NCBI RefSeq assembly: GCF_046119375.1
Contig: NW_027362764.1
Location: forward strand, 501,952,001 to 502,016,000
DNA length: 64,000 nt
Origin: Phyllobates terribilis
Taxonomy: Eukaryota
Direction of reading: 5' to 3'
Shown: piece after piece, positions 9,998 through 20,530 of the stretch
Layout: each line of letters begins with the position of its first letter
Position numbering within the stretch: the first letter of the stretch is position 1
Notes under the pieces: generated by a model
Seen by the model: only the letters and a program-made list of their open reading frames with translations
Databases searched by the model: none
Told to the model about the DNA's origin: nothing
Made by a program: the position numbers and the translations under genes

Positions 9998-11084
9998 TAT
10001 ATATGTCCTCCATCATGGTATAATGTGCGCCATCCAGGTTTGTATGTGCCCCATCCTGGTATAATGTGCCCCATCCTCAAATATATGTCCTCCATCCTGG
10101 TATAACGTGCCCCATCCAGGTATATATGTCCTCCATCCTATGTGCCCTGTTTTGTAATGGATTTAAAACAAACGACACTACTCACCTTCCCCCATGCTCC
10201 CACGCCTTGCAGGGTCCTCTTCTATAGCTGGCGCAAGAGCCAGTAGCTGACTTTGGCATCCCCGCCATGGCGCATAATGTCACTACCATGTACCCTCAGA
10301 CACGGGCATGCCAATGTCAGCTGCCAGCCTCTGATTGGCCAGCGGCATGTATTGCAGAACAGGGAGCAGGCGGGTTCTGTGTGCAGCAATACATTTCAGC
10401 TGAATGTACGTCCTCAGAGGCACTTCCAGCTGAAATAGTCGCTGGTGCCGGCGGGCCCTCCTTCACCTCTGGGCCCTGGTGCAGCTGCCCTGCTGCATCG
10501 GCGATATGTCCGCCACTGGTCTATTGTTTCTTTCACTGTCTCTCAATTCTTATGGGGACTCCTCCAACCTGCCAGATCTCACTCATGGAGAACATGGGAA
10601 GACTCCTTTCTTTAACCCTAAATGATCAGCAACCGTGGACTCCCACAACTTGCCTCAGGGATGACTCTTAACCCTCCAAGTTCAGAACACACATCTCATC
10701 CTGCACTTCAACTGCTACTCACCACTAAACAGTAGAAGTGCTAACCAGGGTTGCCAACTGTCCAGCAATTCCAAGACAATCGGAAAAAAATTGGTCCCTT
10801 TTTTGCCCTATCCGTAAAAAAAACTTAAGGTGTCAGCGATTTTTTTTTGAAGCTGAAAAAACTCATACTGATTATTTTGACTGTAATTGCACATGTCTGC
10901 AAGGGTAAAATTGTATGAAATGTAAGAGGTAATTTTCATATACAGTACTTTCGATCACTGAACTCAGTAAAAATATCAAAAAAATTCCATCACGTACAAT
11001 TTTTTCACAAACACTGACCCCATAGGCGAACGTTTTGCGTGACCTTTGGTCGATGATTTTGGTGTCATTAGATTACTTACAAGT

Positions 11085-12905
11085 GCTTTTTCATGGTACA
11101 GAAGCAGAGAAAAGGAATTCCTTCCATACACTAAAGCACCGTCTTGAGAAAAGTACACTGCTCAAAAAAATAAAGGGAACACTCAAATAACACATCCTAG
11201 ATCAGAATGAATGAAATATTCTCATTGAATACTTTGTTCTGTACAAAGTTGAATGTGCTGATAACAAAATCACACAAAAATCATCAATGGAAATCAAATT
11301 TATTAACCAATGGAGGCCTGGATTTGGAGTCACCCCCAAAATTAAAGTGGAAAAACACACTACAGGCTGATCCAACTTTGATGTAAAGTCCTTAAAACAA
11401 GTCAAAATGAGGCTCAGCATTGTGTGTAGCCTCCACGTGCCTGTATGACCTCCCTACAATGCCTGGGCATGCTCCTGATGAGTTTGCGGATGGTCTCCTG
11501 TCGGATCTCCTCCCAGACCTGGACTAAAGCATCCACCAACTCCTGGACAACCTGTGGTGCAACGTGACGTTGGTGGATGGAGCGAGACATGATGTCTCAG
11601 ATGTGCTCAATCGGATTCAGGTCTGGGGAACGGGCGGGCCAGTCCATAGCTTCAATGCTTTCATCTTGCAGGAACTGCTGACACACTCCAGCCACATGAG
11701 GTCTGGCATTGTCCTGCATTAGGAGGAACCTAGGGCCAACCACACCAGTATATGGTCTCACAATGGGTCTGAAGATCTCATCTCGGTACCTAATGGCAGT
11801 CAGGCTACCTCTAAAGAAATGTCACCCCACACCATTACTGACCCACTGCCAAACTGGTCATGCTGAAGGATGTTGCAGGCAGCAGATCGCTCTCCACGGC
11901 GTCTCCAGACTCTGTCACGTCTGTCACATATGCTCAGTGTGAACCTGCTTTCATCTGTGAAGAGCACAGGGAGCCAGTGGCAATTTTGCCAATCCTGGTG
12001 TTATGTCGCAAATGCCAAGCGTCCTGCACAGTGTTGGGCTGTGAGCACAACCCCCATCTGTGGATGTCGGGCCCTCATACCACCCTCATGGAGTCAGTTT
12101 CTAGCCATTTGTGCAGACACATGCACATTTGTGGCCTGCTGGAGGTCATTTTACAGGGCTCTAGCAGTGTTCCTCCTGTTCCTCCTTGCACAAATGCGGA
12201 GGTAGCAGTCCTGCTGCTGGGTTGTTGCCTTCCTACGGCCCCCTCCACGTCTCCTGGTGTACTCGCCTGTCTCCTGGTAGCGCCTCCAGCCTTTGGACAC
12301 TACGCTGACAGACACAGCAAACCTTCTTGCCACAGCTCGCATTGATGTGCCATCCTGGATGAGCTGCACTACCTGAGCAACTTCTGTGGGTTGTAGAGTC
12401 CGTCTCATGCTACCACGAGTGTGAAAGCACAACCAACCTTCAAAAGTGACCAAAACATCCGCCAGAAAGCATTGGTACTGAGATGTAGTCTGTGGTCCCC
12501 ACCTGCAGAACCACTCCTTTATTGAAGGTGTCTTGATAAGGGCCAATAATTTCCATCTATTGTCTATTCCATTTGCACAACAGCATGTGAAATTGATTGT
12601 CAAGCAGTGTTGCTTCCTAAGTGGACAGTTTGATTTCACAGAAGTTTGATTTCCTTGGAGTTATAGTCTGTTGTTTAAGTGTTCCCTTTATTTTTTTGAG
12701 CAGTGTATTTCAATAATGTTCCTGGGCTGATGAAAAATTTTACATTGAGTACAATGTGAGCAAGTGGAGGCTCTATTGATTCATTCAAAAAAGGTCTGAA
12801 AGCTGTGCTACTGCACAATGGCAGCAAGTATGCTTCAGTGCCTGTAGGGCATTCTGTGAACTTGAAGGAAAGCTATGAGAATTTAAACTTTATTCTCAAA
12901 AAACT
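11085..12905 (+). pseudogene. Remnant of a probable Chapaev3 (CMC) transposase, split by the Tc1 at 11156-12705
   Basis: Rejoined flanks read SWYRSREKEFLPY...NNVPGLM...SKWRL.IDSFKKGLKAVLLHNGSKYASVPVGHSVNLKESYENL; family assignment is from recalled motifs, not a search. Confidence 0.5.
11156..12705 (-). mobile_element. Tc1-like transposon (second family), degraded transposase ~11413-12408
   Basis: TA|CACTGCTCAAAAAAATAAAGGGAACAC ... GTGTTCCCTTTATTTTTTTGAGCAGTG|TA; [20 protein letters not shown]...; DNARPH followed after 34 aa by E (WPARSPDLNPIE). Confidence 0.92.
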
Positions 12906-13144
12906 TAATCCATATGTAATGGTTAAAAATAGAAGTATTTTTTAAATCAGGGGATAGGAAAACATAAAAATCAGTCATTGGATTTTAAACTATTTTCAGA
13001 AACCCAAATTTTGCATACCTGTGTTATCATCATTTTACAGTTTACAGTGAATGCAGCTGATGTCTACATATCAGAATTATGACCTATAGACATGTATCAC
13101 TTGTAATCATAATGATGTATTATGGTTTTCCAATATATATATAT

Positions 13145-13588
13145 ACAGGAGCTGTTTTTCAACACATTGCGAGGCCTCATATTTATTTTGCTACTGTTAG
13201 GAGCCTGCATGACCTAAATGTGTTACCATCCCTGCAGCTTCTTCAGATTTGTCTTCCAGCAAGCACATCTGTGACGTCATTGGTCGGCAATTGCAAAGGG
13301 AGCTGCCAGCAGTGGATCTTGATGACCTCCGTGCCCAAATGCAATTAGCATTGCAGAATTTTCCTCAGTTAATCATTGATAACCTCATTAATAGCATGCC
13401 AAGATATGTAAAGCCGTGTATTTCTGCGCACTGTGCTCATAGTAGATGCTGAATAAATCGACATGTTTTGAAAATTTTGTTTCCAATTATCCTTTGAATG
13501 TCACTAACATGTCTATCAACCCTGTGATTTTCAAAATTCCACAACTTTACTTTCTTTTTGTTGCAATTTTAATGTTGAGAAGTGTATA
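13145..13588 (+). mobile_element. Old Tc1/Tc3-like 3' remnant
   Basis: FQHIARPH, SSDLSSSKHICDVIGRQLQ, LINSMPRYVKPCISAHCAHSRC resemble a DDE C-terminus; ends AGTG|TA. Confidence 0.65.
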
Positions 13589-15123
13589 TAGAGATGTATG
13601 TGCTACATGTATCAGAGGTTCCTGGTCCTCTCCATCGTCACACCTACGATCGGATTCTCTTTCCCTTAGGTGGGCTCAAAAGGCAGCTACTTCCATGCTG
13701 AGCTCTGAGGCAGTTACTTTAAAAAACAATCCCCTCACTCTCATTTTCTGCTCTGAGAATGAAAGAAAATTGTGAAGAAAATTCAGTGCTGAAGCAATGT
13801 TAAGTCACATAAATTTTAAAGATTGGTGGATGTCTCAGTGGTCGGCCTTCAGCTATCAATACATGATGACATTTCCTAATGAGATATCATCAAAATAACT
13901 TGGCACTCAAATGCCTAATTATGTAGAATTTATTTGTGGGCAATCCCAAAAAATATAACACTTCGGTCATGAACTCTGACCTTCTTCAGATACTCTACAT
14001 GAAAAACTAAATACAATACAATTAATAGAAAAGTAAAAAATAGTAAAGACAATAACTGTTCAAGACAGGTTCCAAATTACAGCATCTATGTGAGTATACT
14101 GGCAACTATCAATATAGTGAAAAGCACATGTACATAGAGGTATGTTACAAATGGCAACAAATGATTAATGTCATGAAATATTGCACAATGGACTGTGCTG
14201 ACAAAAGTTATACAATAGTACATACAAATGTGAAACAGTAACCCATTGATGGTCATAGGATGTCACCCTAAAATCAATGGCATCCTCATACAGGTCAGAA
14301 GAATAATGATTGTACTTTACTTTATTGTTACAAATTATGGTTCTGTGCTCCTACCTGGTAATGGAGTTAGTCCGGTCGCAGGTGCCGCCAATGTCCTGAC
14401 AAGGGAGGCGGAGTTACCACGCGTTTAGGGAAATTGTCCCAATATTGTGGAGAGTCAAGTTCTGGTGTTGTGGGATGTGTGAGGACACGGGACGCCGTGT
14501 CCCTCACTGATTTCTCTGCCCAGGGAAGATTGGACGCTGTCTTCCCTGGTTACCAAGCAACGCAGGACCCTGTTTTGTTTGGCAATAAGCAATAGTGGGA
14601 TTTTGTCCAGCCTACTGTTGAATAGTGTTGAGCCACCCCCGTAGTGTTCGAGTTCGGTTCGGTTCGTCGAACACCCGTGTGTTCGCCGAACTGTTCGTCG
14701 AACTGTTCGTCGAACACCTTCGAACACCGTTAAAACCAATGGCAGGCAAACAAAAACACATAGAAACACATAGAAAACACCTTCAAAGGTGTCCAAAAGC
14801 TGACAAACTGCTCAGAAGACACAACTAACACATGGAAAAGTGACAAGTACATATAGTCATGCGAAAAGAAAAGAGGTGGAGGAGTAAAAGGAGGGGGAGA
14901 CACAGATATAGGCATGTCATGCCCTTCTAAAATCCAAAAAGTGAGAAGCCGAGACGGCCAGTCCGCTCCTGCCCGTGCCACCTCCGTGTCGCCGGGTTTG
15001 TGCCAGAGCCGCGGTGAACCCTGACGGCCAGCCCCCCTCTCCCAATACTGGTGCCTGTCCGCTGGTGGGTCGAGAGAGCCCCCCTGTGGTGGAGGCAGCT
15101 CTAAGCTTTTAAATTTAAATTGT

Positions 15124-15393
15124 CCCTCTAATTTGAATGAATACACTTTAAATCCATTTACAAGGATCTATTGGAGGGCAAGTCTCATGCCAGCAGCCGC
15201 GTAATTCCAGCTCCAGTAGCGTCCACTAAAGCTGCTGCAGTTAAAAAGCTTTTATAAGGATCGAGCTCGGCTGTCCACCGCAAGGCATCCTACTGCCAGT
15301 CCCAGCCCCTATGCCTTGGGGTGCCTCCTGATGCTCTTCACTAAGTATCCCGTGGTCCCGAAGCATTTCCTTTGAAAAAATTAAGTGTCCAAA
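15124..15393 (+). pseudogene. Diverged 18S rRNA fragment (region around V4) inside the hAT
   Basis: ATTGGAGGGCAAGTCTCATGCCAGCAGCCGCGTAATTCCAGCTCCAGTAGC...GCTGCAGTTAAAAAGCT and CCGAAGCATTTCCTTTGAAAAAATTAAGTGTCCAAA match universal 18S motifs with substitutions. Confidence 0.88.
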
Positions 15394-15499
15394 CTACAGG
15401 TGGTGTAGCTTGCTTAACAGCCGGGATAATCCGCTGACTAGCAGACACTGCTACTAGGCACAAAGTATTTCCTGGGCTAGATGCAGTTAAAAATTTGTA

Positions 15500-17325
15500 A
15501 GTAGATACTCTCGTTGGATGCTGAGAAAGCATTCCATAGAGTCTCCTGGCACGCCATATATGATTCTCTTAAAAAGCTTGGGGTAGGGGTCTAGGGGACC
15601 CTTTTATAGCCAAAATCACGGCCCTGTATCACAATACGTCACCTAGGCTGAAGATAAATGGAACTGTAGCACCGAGGGCTCGGTTGCTACAGACGTATTG
15701 CACCTCACCCAGAGGTGTGATATCTCACTCTCAGATAAGGATGGAGTGTGGATCAGGACCCGATACCTGCATGCATTACACCACATTGCTGTGGGGCAGG
15801 GCGACCAATATGCCCCTGAGATGGGCACGACAGTCCCTGTCCCTGGCTGGAGTGGGGGGAGGGAACACTGAGGAAGGGGAACCCTGCAGTGCAGGAGCAG
15901 GGAGGAAGCAGTTCCTGGGTGCATTGAGAAGGGAGTATAAAAGGTGGGCACCATCTTAGTTCAGTGCAGAGAAGTCTGAGCAGAAGTGGCAGGGAGCAGG
16001 GGCTCTGCATGAGCTCTGCTCCGGAGGCGGGCCTAGTAACAGAGGCCCAGGCCTGCAAGAGGGAGAAGGAAGGAAGAGGAGCGGAGAAGGCTCCAGGAAC
16101 GAGGAATGAAGGGATCCCAGGGGTGCGGACGGGCGAGTCGCCACCGCACGCCCGAATCCACCTGCGTGGAGGGGTCAGGCCAAAGGGGGAGACCGGTCCC
16201 CGAACTAGTGGAGGCAGGAAACGACCCTCAGCTAGAAACCGGAGGCTCTGACATTTTATGTGGCGCAGCCCCTTGCTCCACCCGCTAGGAAGGCACCACA
16301 TAGGGTCAGGGAAACTGGCGCCAAGTTTACCAAGAGGAGGCCCGAGGCAGCCGGACAGAAGTGTTGGTAAGAAAGGCCAGACAAAGGACACACAAAGGGG
16401 GTCCTGTGAAGCGCTCCAAAGTTATCTGGGAGTTGTCTGAGCCCCTCACCTGGTGAGCACAGTACGACGTGGGCAGCCGTTACCTGCAGACGTGGTCTGG
16501 ATAATAAGAACTGTGAGTAAAGGCCCTGAACTGCATCACTGACTCCGTGTCGTTACTGCTGCTGCCCTGCACCATCACCCCCATCCTCCGCATACACTGC
16601 CCTGAGGCTATACTCCTCCCGTGGGGAGTTATGCTACGCTCTGCTGCACCCACAACACCAGCCTCAGCGGTCTGCCCTGGAGCGGCGGTTCACTCTGACC
16701 GCAATCCACGGGTGGCGTAGTCGGACATTTAAACATCAAAACCACATAAATAGTTCCGCCACTGGTTTGACCGCCCTGAGCCACGGAACCGGATCGCCGC
16801 CACGAAGACTACAACCACCAGCATCCACCAAAAAGGGTCCGGCTCCGGGTGTCCCAAGGCCCAGGGGGTGCGTCAGAACATTTTCATCACCTTTCACAAT
16901 CACCAATGGGACAAGGCAGGGATGTCCTCTGTCCCCTCTCTTATACATCCTAGTGACGGAGCACCTGCTCTCATCAATTCGCCATAACCCCAATATTAGG
17001 TGGATTGAGGTGGGAGGCACCGAGTACAAGTGCTCTCTATTTGCTGATGATGTCCTAGTATATATCACTCAATCACATATATCCATCCCTGCTGTTATGG
17101 CTGAAATAGATCACTTTGTTACATGGTAAAATTTTAAAATCAATGCAGCGAAGTCTGAGGCCCTCGATGTCTCCCTCCCTAAATCCATATAGGATTCCAT
17201 CCAGTCCAACTTTCCCTTTGCCTGGCCCTCACAGGGTATCAAATACTTAGGAATTCCTATTCATAGAGACCTCTCCCATCTATGTTATCTTAATTTTGGG
17301 CCCTTTATTGAACAATTCCATACAG
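15500..17325 (+). mobile_element. L1-clade LINE ORF2 RT fragment (split by solo LTR)
   Basis: LDAEKAFHRVSW, GTRQGCPLSPLL, LFADDVL, INAAKSE, IKYLGI; stops present; no 3' end or polyA. Confidence 0.9.
15665..16875 (+). mobile_element. Solo LTR related to the CSD-element LTR
   Basis: TGTAGCACCGAGGG...GGGGGTGCGTCA with 4-bp TSD GAAC (15661-15664, 16876-16879); 5' end resembles the reverse complement of 4640-4761. Confidence 0.92.
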
Positions 17326-20300
17326 ACCACGGTTGGCAAGTTGGAACTGTGAGATTCACTACGTGCACCACTGGTATTTTGTGGAAAAGCACATGTAAGA
17401 TTCTGCAACAGTCTCTGCTGATACTCCTGCATGCGTGCATCCCTTTCTATGGCAGGAATAATTTCTGCAAATTTACTTTTGTACCGGGGATCTAACAGTG
17501 TGGCAACCCAGTAGTCAGGATTATTTCTAATTCTCACAATTCGAGGGTCATGTTGCAGGTAGTGCAGCAAGAAGGCACTCATGTGTGTTGCGCATCCAGG
17601 AGCACCAAGTCCCTGTTGTGTTGGTGGCGAGGTAACAATCATGCTTCCTTCCTCTGTCCTCTCCCCCCAACCTCGCACAACAGAAATGTGATCAAGGTCT
17701 CCCTCATCTGATGAGTCTTCCATCAGTTCGTCCTCCACTTCTTCCTGGGCTCCTGCACCTTCCTCACTAGTTTGGCTGCTACCATGCGCCCTGGTAAAAT
17801 CATCTCCCCCACCCTCACATGCCTGCCGCCCTGGTGCTGCCGACCGTCTGGACCTTGCAGATGTTAGCCCTTCCGCATACAACTCCTCCTCCTCTACTTC
17901 CTCCACCTCCTCTTGTGCCACCACCTGACTCCGAATTCTGTTTAACATGTGCTCCAGCATGTAAATCACCGGAATAGTCATGCTGATAATGGCATCGTCA
18001 GCACTAAACATCTTCGTCGCCATTTCAAAACTGTGCAGGAGGGTGCATAGGTCCCGGGTAGGCACATCGCATTTTAGCCGGTGAAGTGGCAGGCCCAACG
18101 ACTTCTGTAGAGATGTAAGTCGCTGAGCTGCGGGATGCGAACGGCGGAAGTGAGCACACAGCGACCGTGCCCTCTGCAGAAGGCCATCTAGTCTGGGATA
18201 GTGGGCTAAAAATTGCTGGACAACCAGGTTCAACACGTGAGCCATACAAGGCACGTGTGTGACATTGCCCCGGCGAAGGGCCGCACCCAGGTTTGCAGCA
18301 TTGTCGCACACGGCCTTCCCTGGTTTCAGGTCCAGTGGAGACAACCATTCATGAAATTGGTTCTCCAGAGCTGACCACAACTCCTCAGCTGTGTGACTCA
18401 CATTTCCCAGACATTTCAATGTAAAAACCGCCTGATGACGTTGAGCCCTACTGCCAGCATAGTAAGGAGGTGTGCAGGATCCCTTCTGCGCAGTTAGAAA
18501 GATTGTGGCATGACCAGACAGGCTTTGGGTGCAGGTGGAAGACCGAGAGGAGGTTGAGGAGGCAGAAGCAGTGGAGGAAAAATGACATAAAGAGGATTGA
18601 CGCACAACTCGTGGGGACGGCAAGACTTGGACAGCAGCCCCTTGTCCTGCTGTCACCATAGTTACCCAGTGCCCAGTCAGCGACATGTAACGCCCCTGTC
18701 CATGCCTACTCGTCCAAGTGTCTGTGGTGAAATGCACCCTGTCACACAGAGAGTTTCTCAAAGAAGCGGTGATGTTGTGTGCGACATGCTGGTGGAGCGC
18801 AGGCACACCTTTCTTTGAGAAGTAGTGCCGACTGGGCATCTGGTACTGGGGCACTGCGACGGACATAAGGTCTCGAAAATCCTCTGTGTCCACCAGGCGG
18901 AAAGGCAGCATTTCTGTAGCCAAGAGCTTGCAGATGGTGAAATTCAACCTCTTAGCTTTCTCATGGCTAGGAGGAAATGGTCTTTTACTTGTCCACATCT
19001 GAGGGACCGAGGGCTGGCTATTGTGCTTAGACGGGGTTGATAAGGGTGTCCCCGGCAAACTGCCGGTCTGTGAGGAAGATGCAGGCGGACATGTTAGGTT
19101 GCCTTGATCCAAAGGTGGTGCTATCGATGTCGGACAGTGCTCAAGACCAGCTGGTGTTACCACCTCCAAAGAAAATGATGACCTGCCAATCACGCTGGCT
19201 GTTGCGGGTAAAGAGGTGGCAGGTCTGCGCCCCAAAACAGGTGTGACTGCTGTCCCCCCAGTCACAGAGGATGAAGAGGCCGCGGATGCACAAGATATGG
19301 CAGACGGTGGTTGGCCCGGCCGGCTAGACCGCATTGTATCACACTGAGCTTCCCACTGCAACTTATGCTTCATGTCCATGTGCCGGTTCATGCATGACGT
19401 ACTCAAACTATGTATTTTTTGGCCTCTACTTAGCTTTTGCTGACAAATGTTACAGATAACACGAGTTGGGTCATCTTTATCGATCTGAAAAAATGCCCAG
19501 GCTATGCAAGGCTTAGCACCCATGCGACCTGAAGAGCCACCACGACTTGTGGTGAGAGGCAGAGTTGTGTTTGAGGATGCAGTTGTTGACGTGCTTCCAG
19601 TACTACGTCTCTGTCCAGGAAGGCGCAACCTGACCTCGTCGTCACTAGCATCTTCCTCCACCTCCTCTGCTGACCTCATCTCTTGGCTGACTGTGGGTTG
19701 ACAGTAAGTGGGATCTCCGACCTCATCATCATCACCCTGTGCGTTATCACACCCGTCGTCCTCAGAGCCAACCTGTTCCTGCCCTGACAAAAAACTAAAG
19801 TTGTCGCTCCAATCAGGTATTTGAGTCTTATCATCGTCTTCCTCATTGTCTCCACCAACAGGAGTTACAGTTTGGGAATGAGGGTCTACATTATGGTCAG
19901 AACCTTCTGCGTCTGGTCCTGGATCCGACTCATAAAGATTCTGGGCATCAGTGCAGATCATTTCCTCGTCTGGATTCACAGAAGCGCTGGAGTCGACCTC
20001 TGATTCCCAGGCTATAGTATGAGTAAACAGCTCTGCAGACTCAACCATCTGTTCTACCTCATACTCAGACGGGCAGCTGGAGATTTGGGAGCTGTGAGGA
20101 AGCAAGTGCGATTTGGGTGACACCTTTGAGGACTGGAGTATTTGTGATGTTGAAGTTGATGTGGAGGAGAGCCCACTTAAAGGAGCACTTGATATCCGTT
20201 GAAGCACCTGCTGTTTTTGTGCCTCATCTGGAATTTGTAGCGATTGGCGTGGCCGTAAGAAAGGGATCTTATCACATTGTCCGCTAAAAGAAGTAGACAT

Positions 20301-20417
20301 TTTAGTTTGGCTGGAAGATGGTCTTTCTTCTGCACCTACCCCACGGACACAACCTTTTTTCCCCTTCCCAACACGCCTATTCCCCTTTCCACTAGCAGCA
20401 GGCCGTTTTCCACTCAT
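17280..20417 (-). CDS. hAT transposase (BED zinc finger + DDE core), internally deleted and C-terminally truncated
   Basis: WAFF..CNIC..SRG..STSCMNRHMDMKH BED finger; FTTDTWTS, CDNAANL, CMAHVLNLVV, LKCDVPTR, ATLLDPRYK; the WNST motif and the dimerization domain are absent; last residues derive from L1 sequence. Confidence 0.92.
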   Translation of the reverse strand: MSGKRPAASGKGNRRVGKGKKGCVRGVGAEERPSSSQTKMSTSFSGQCDKIPFLRPRQSLQIPDEAQKQQVLQRISSAPLSGLSSTSTSTSQILQSSKVSPKSHLLPHSSQISSCPSEYEVEQMVESAELFTHTIAWESEVDSSASVNPDEEMICTDAQNLYESDPGPDAEGSDHNVDPHSQTVTPVGGDNEEDDDKTQIPDWSDNFSFLSGQEQVGSEDDGCDNAQGDDDEVGDPTYCQPTVSQEMRSAEEVEEDASDDEVRLRLPGQRRSTGSTSTTASSNTTLPLTTSRGGSSGRMGAKPCIAWAFFQIDKDDPTRVICNICQQKLSRGQKIHSLSTSCMNRHMDMKHKLQWEAQCDTMRSSRPGQPPSAISCASAASSSSVTGGTAVTPVLGRRPATSLPATASVIGRSSFSLEVVTPAGLEHCPTSIAPPLDQGNLTCPPASSSQTGSLPGTPLSTPSKHNSQPSVPQMWTSKRPFPPSHEKAKRLNFTICKLLATEMLPFRLVDTEDFRDLMSVAVPQYQMPSRHYFSKKGVPALHQHVAHNITASLRNSLCDRVHFTTDTWTSRHGQGRYMSLTGHWVTMVTAGQGAAVQVLPSPRVVRQSSLCHFSSTASASSTSSRSSTCTQSLSGHATIFLTAQKGSCTPPYYAGSRAQRHQAVFTLKCLGNVSHTAEELWSALENQFHEWLSPLDLKPGKAVCDNAANLGAALRRGNVTHVPCMAHVLNLVVQQFLAHYPRLDGLLQRARSLCAHFRRSHPAAQRLTSLQKSLGLPLHRLKCDVPTRDLCTLLHSFEMATKMFSADDAIISMTIPVIYMLEHMLNRIRSQVVAQEEVEEVEEEELYAEGLTSARSRRSAAPGRQACEGGGDDFTRAHGSSQTSEEGAGAQEEVEDELMEDSSDEGDLDHISVVRGWGERTEEGSMIVTSPPTQQGLGAPGCATHMSAFLLHYLQHDPRIVRIRNNPDYWVATLLDPRYKSKFAEIIPAIERDARMQEYQQRLLQNLTCAFPQNTSGARSESHSSNLPTVVCMELFNKGPKIKIT

Positions 20418-20530
20418 TTTGGTGGTTAACTAATTCACAACTCTGGAGTTGTTTGCACAAAAAAACAATGGATGGTAACCGAGCAGAGCTGAGTGGCCAA
20501 ACTGTGGTATTAGGCCAAAACTATTGGCTG

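Larger units (their letters stand above)
7640..10140. repeat. ~20-bp minisatellite (ATAATGTGCCCCATCCTGGT) split by a Tc1 insertion; part of a non-autonomous element ending ~10517
   Basis: Many degenerate units at 7640-8373 and 10000-10140; downstream end TGTCCGCCACTG resembles a hAT-type TIR. Confidence 0.8.

Noticed and set aside
15124-15393. Functional 18S rRNA gene
   Set aside because: Only ~270 nt, with substitutions and deletions in universally conserved positions, and no flanking rDNA.
17280-20417. Domesticated ZBED-type host gene
   Set aside because: Bounded by TIRs and a perfect 8-bp TSD, with an internal deletion and L1-derived C-terminus: a transposon copy.
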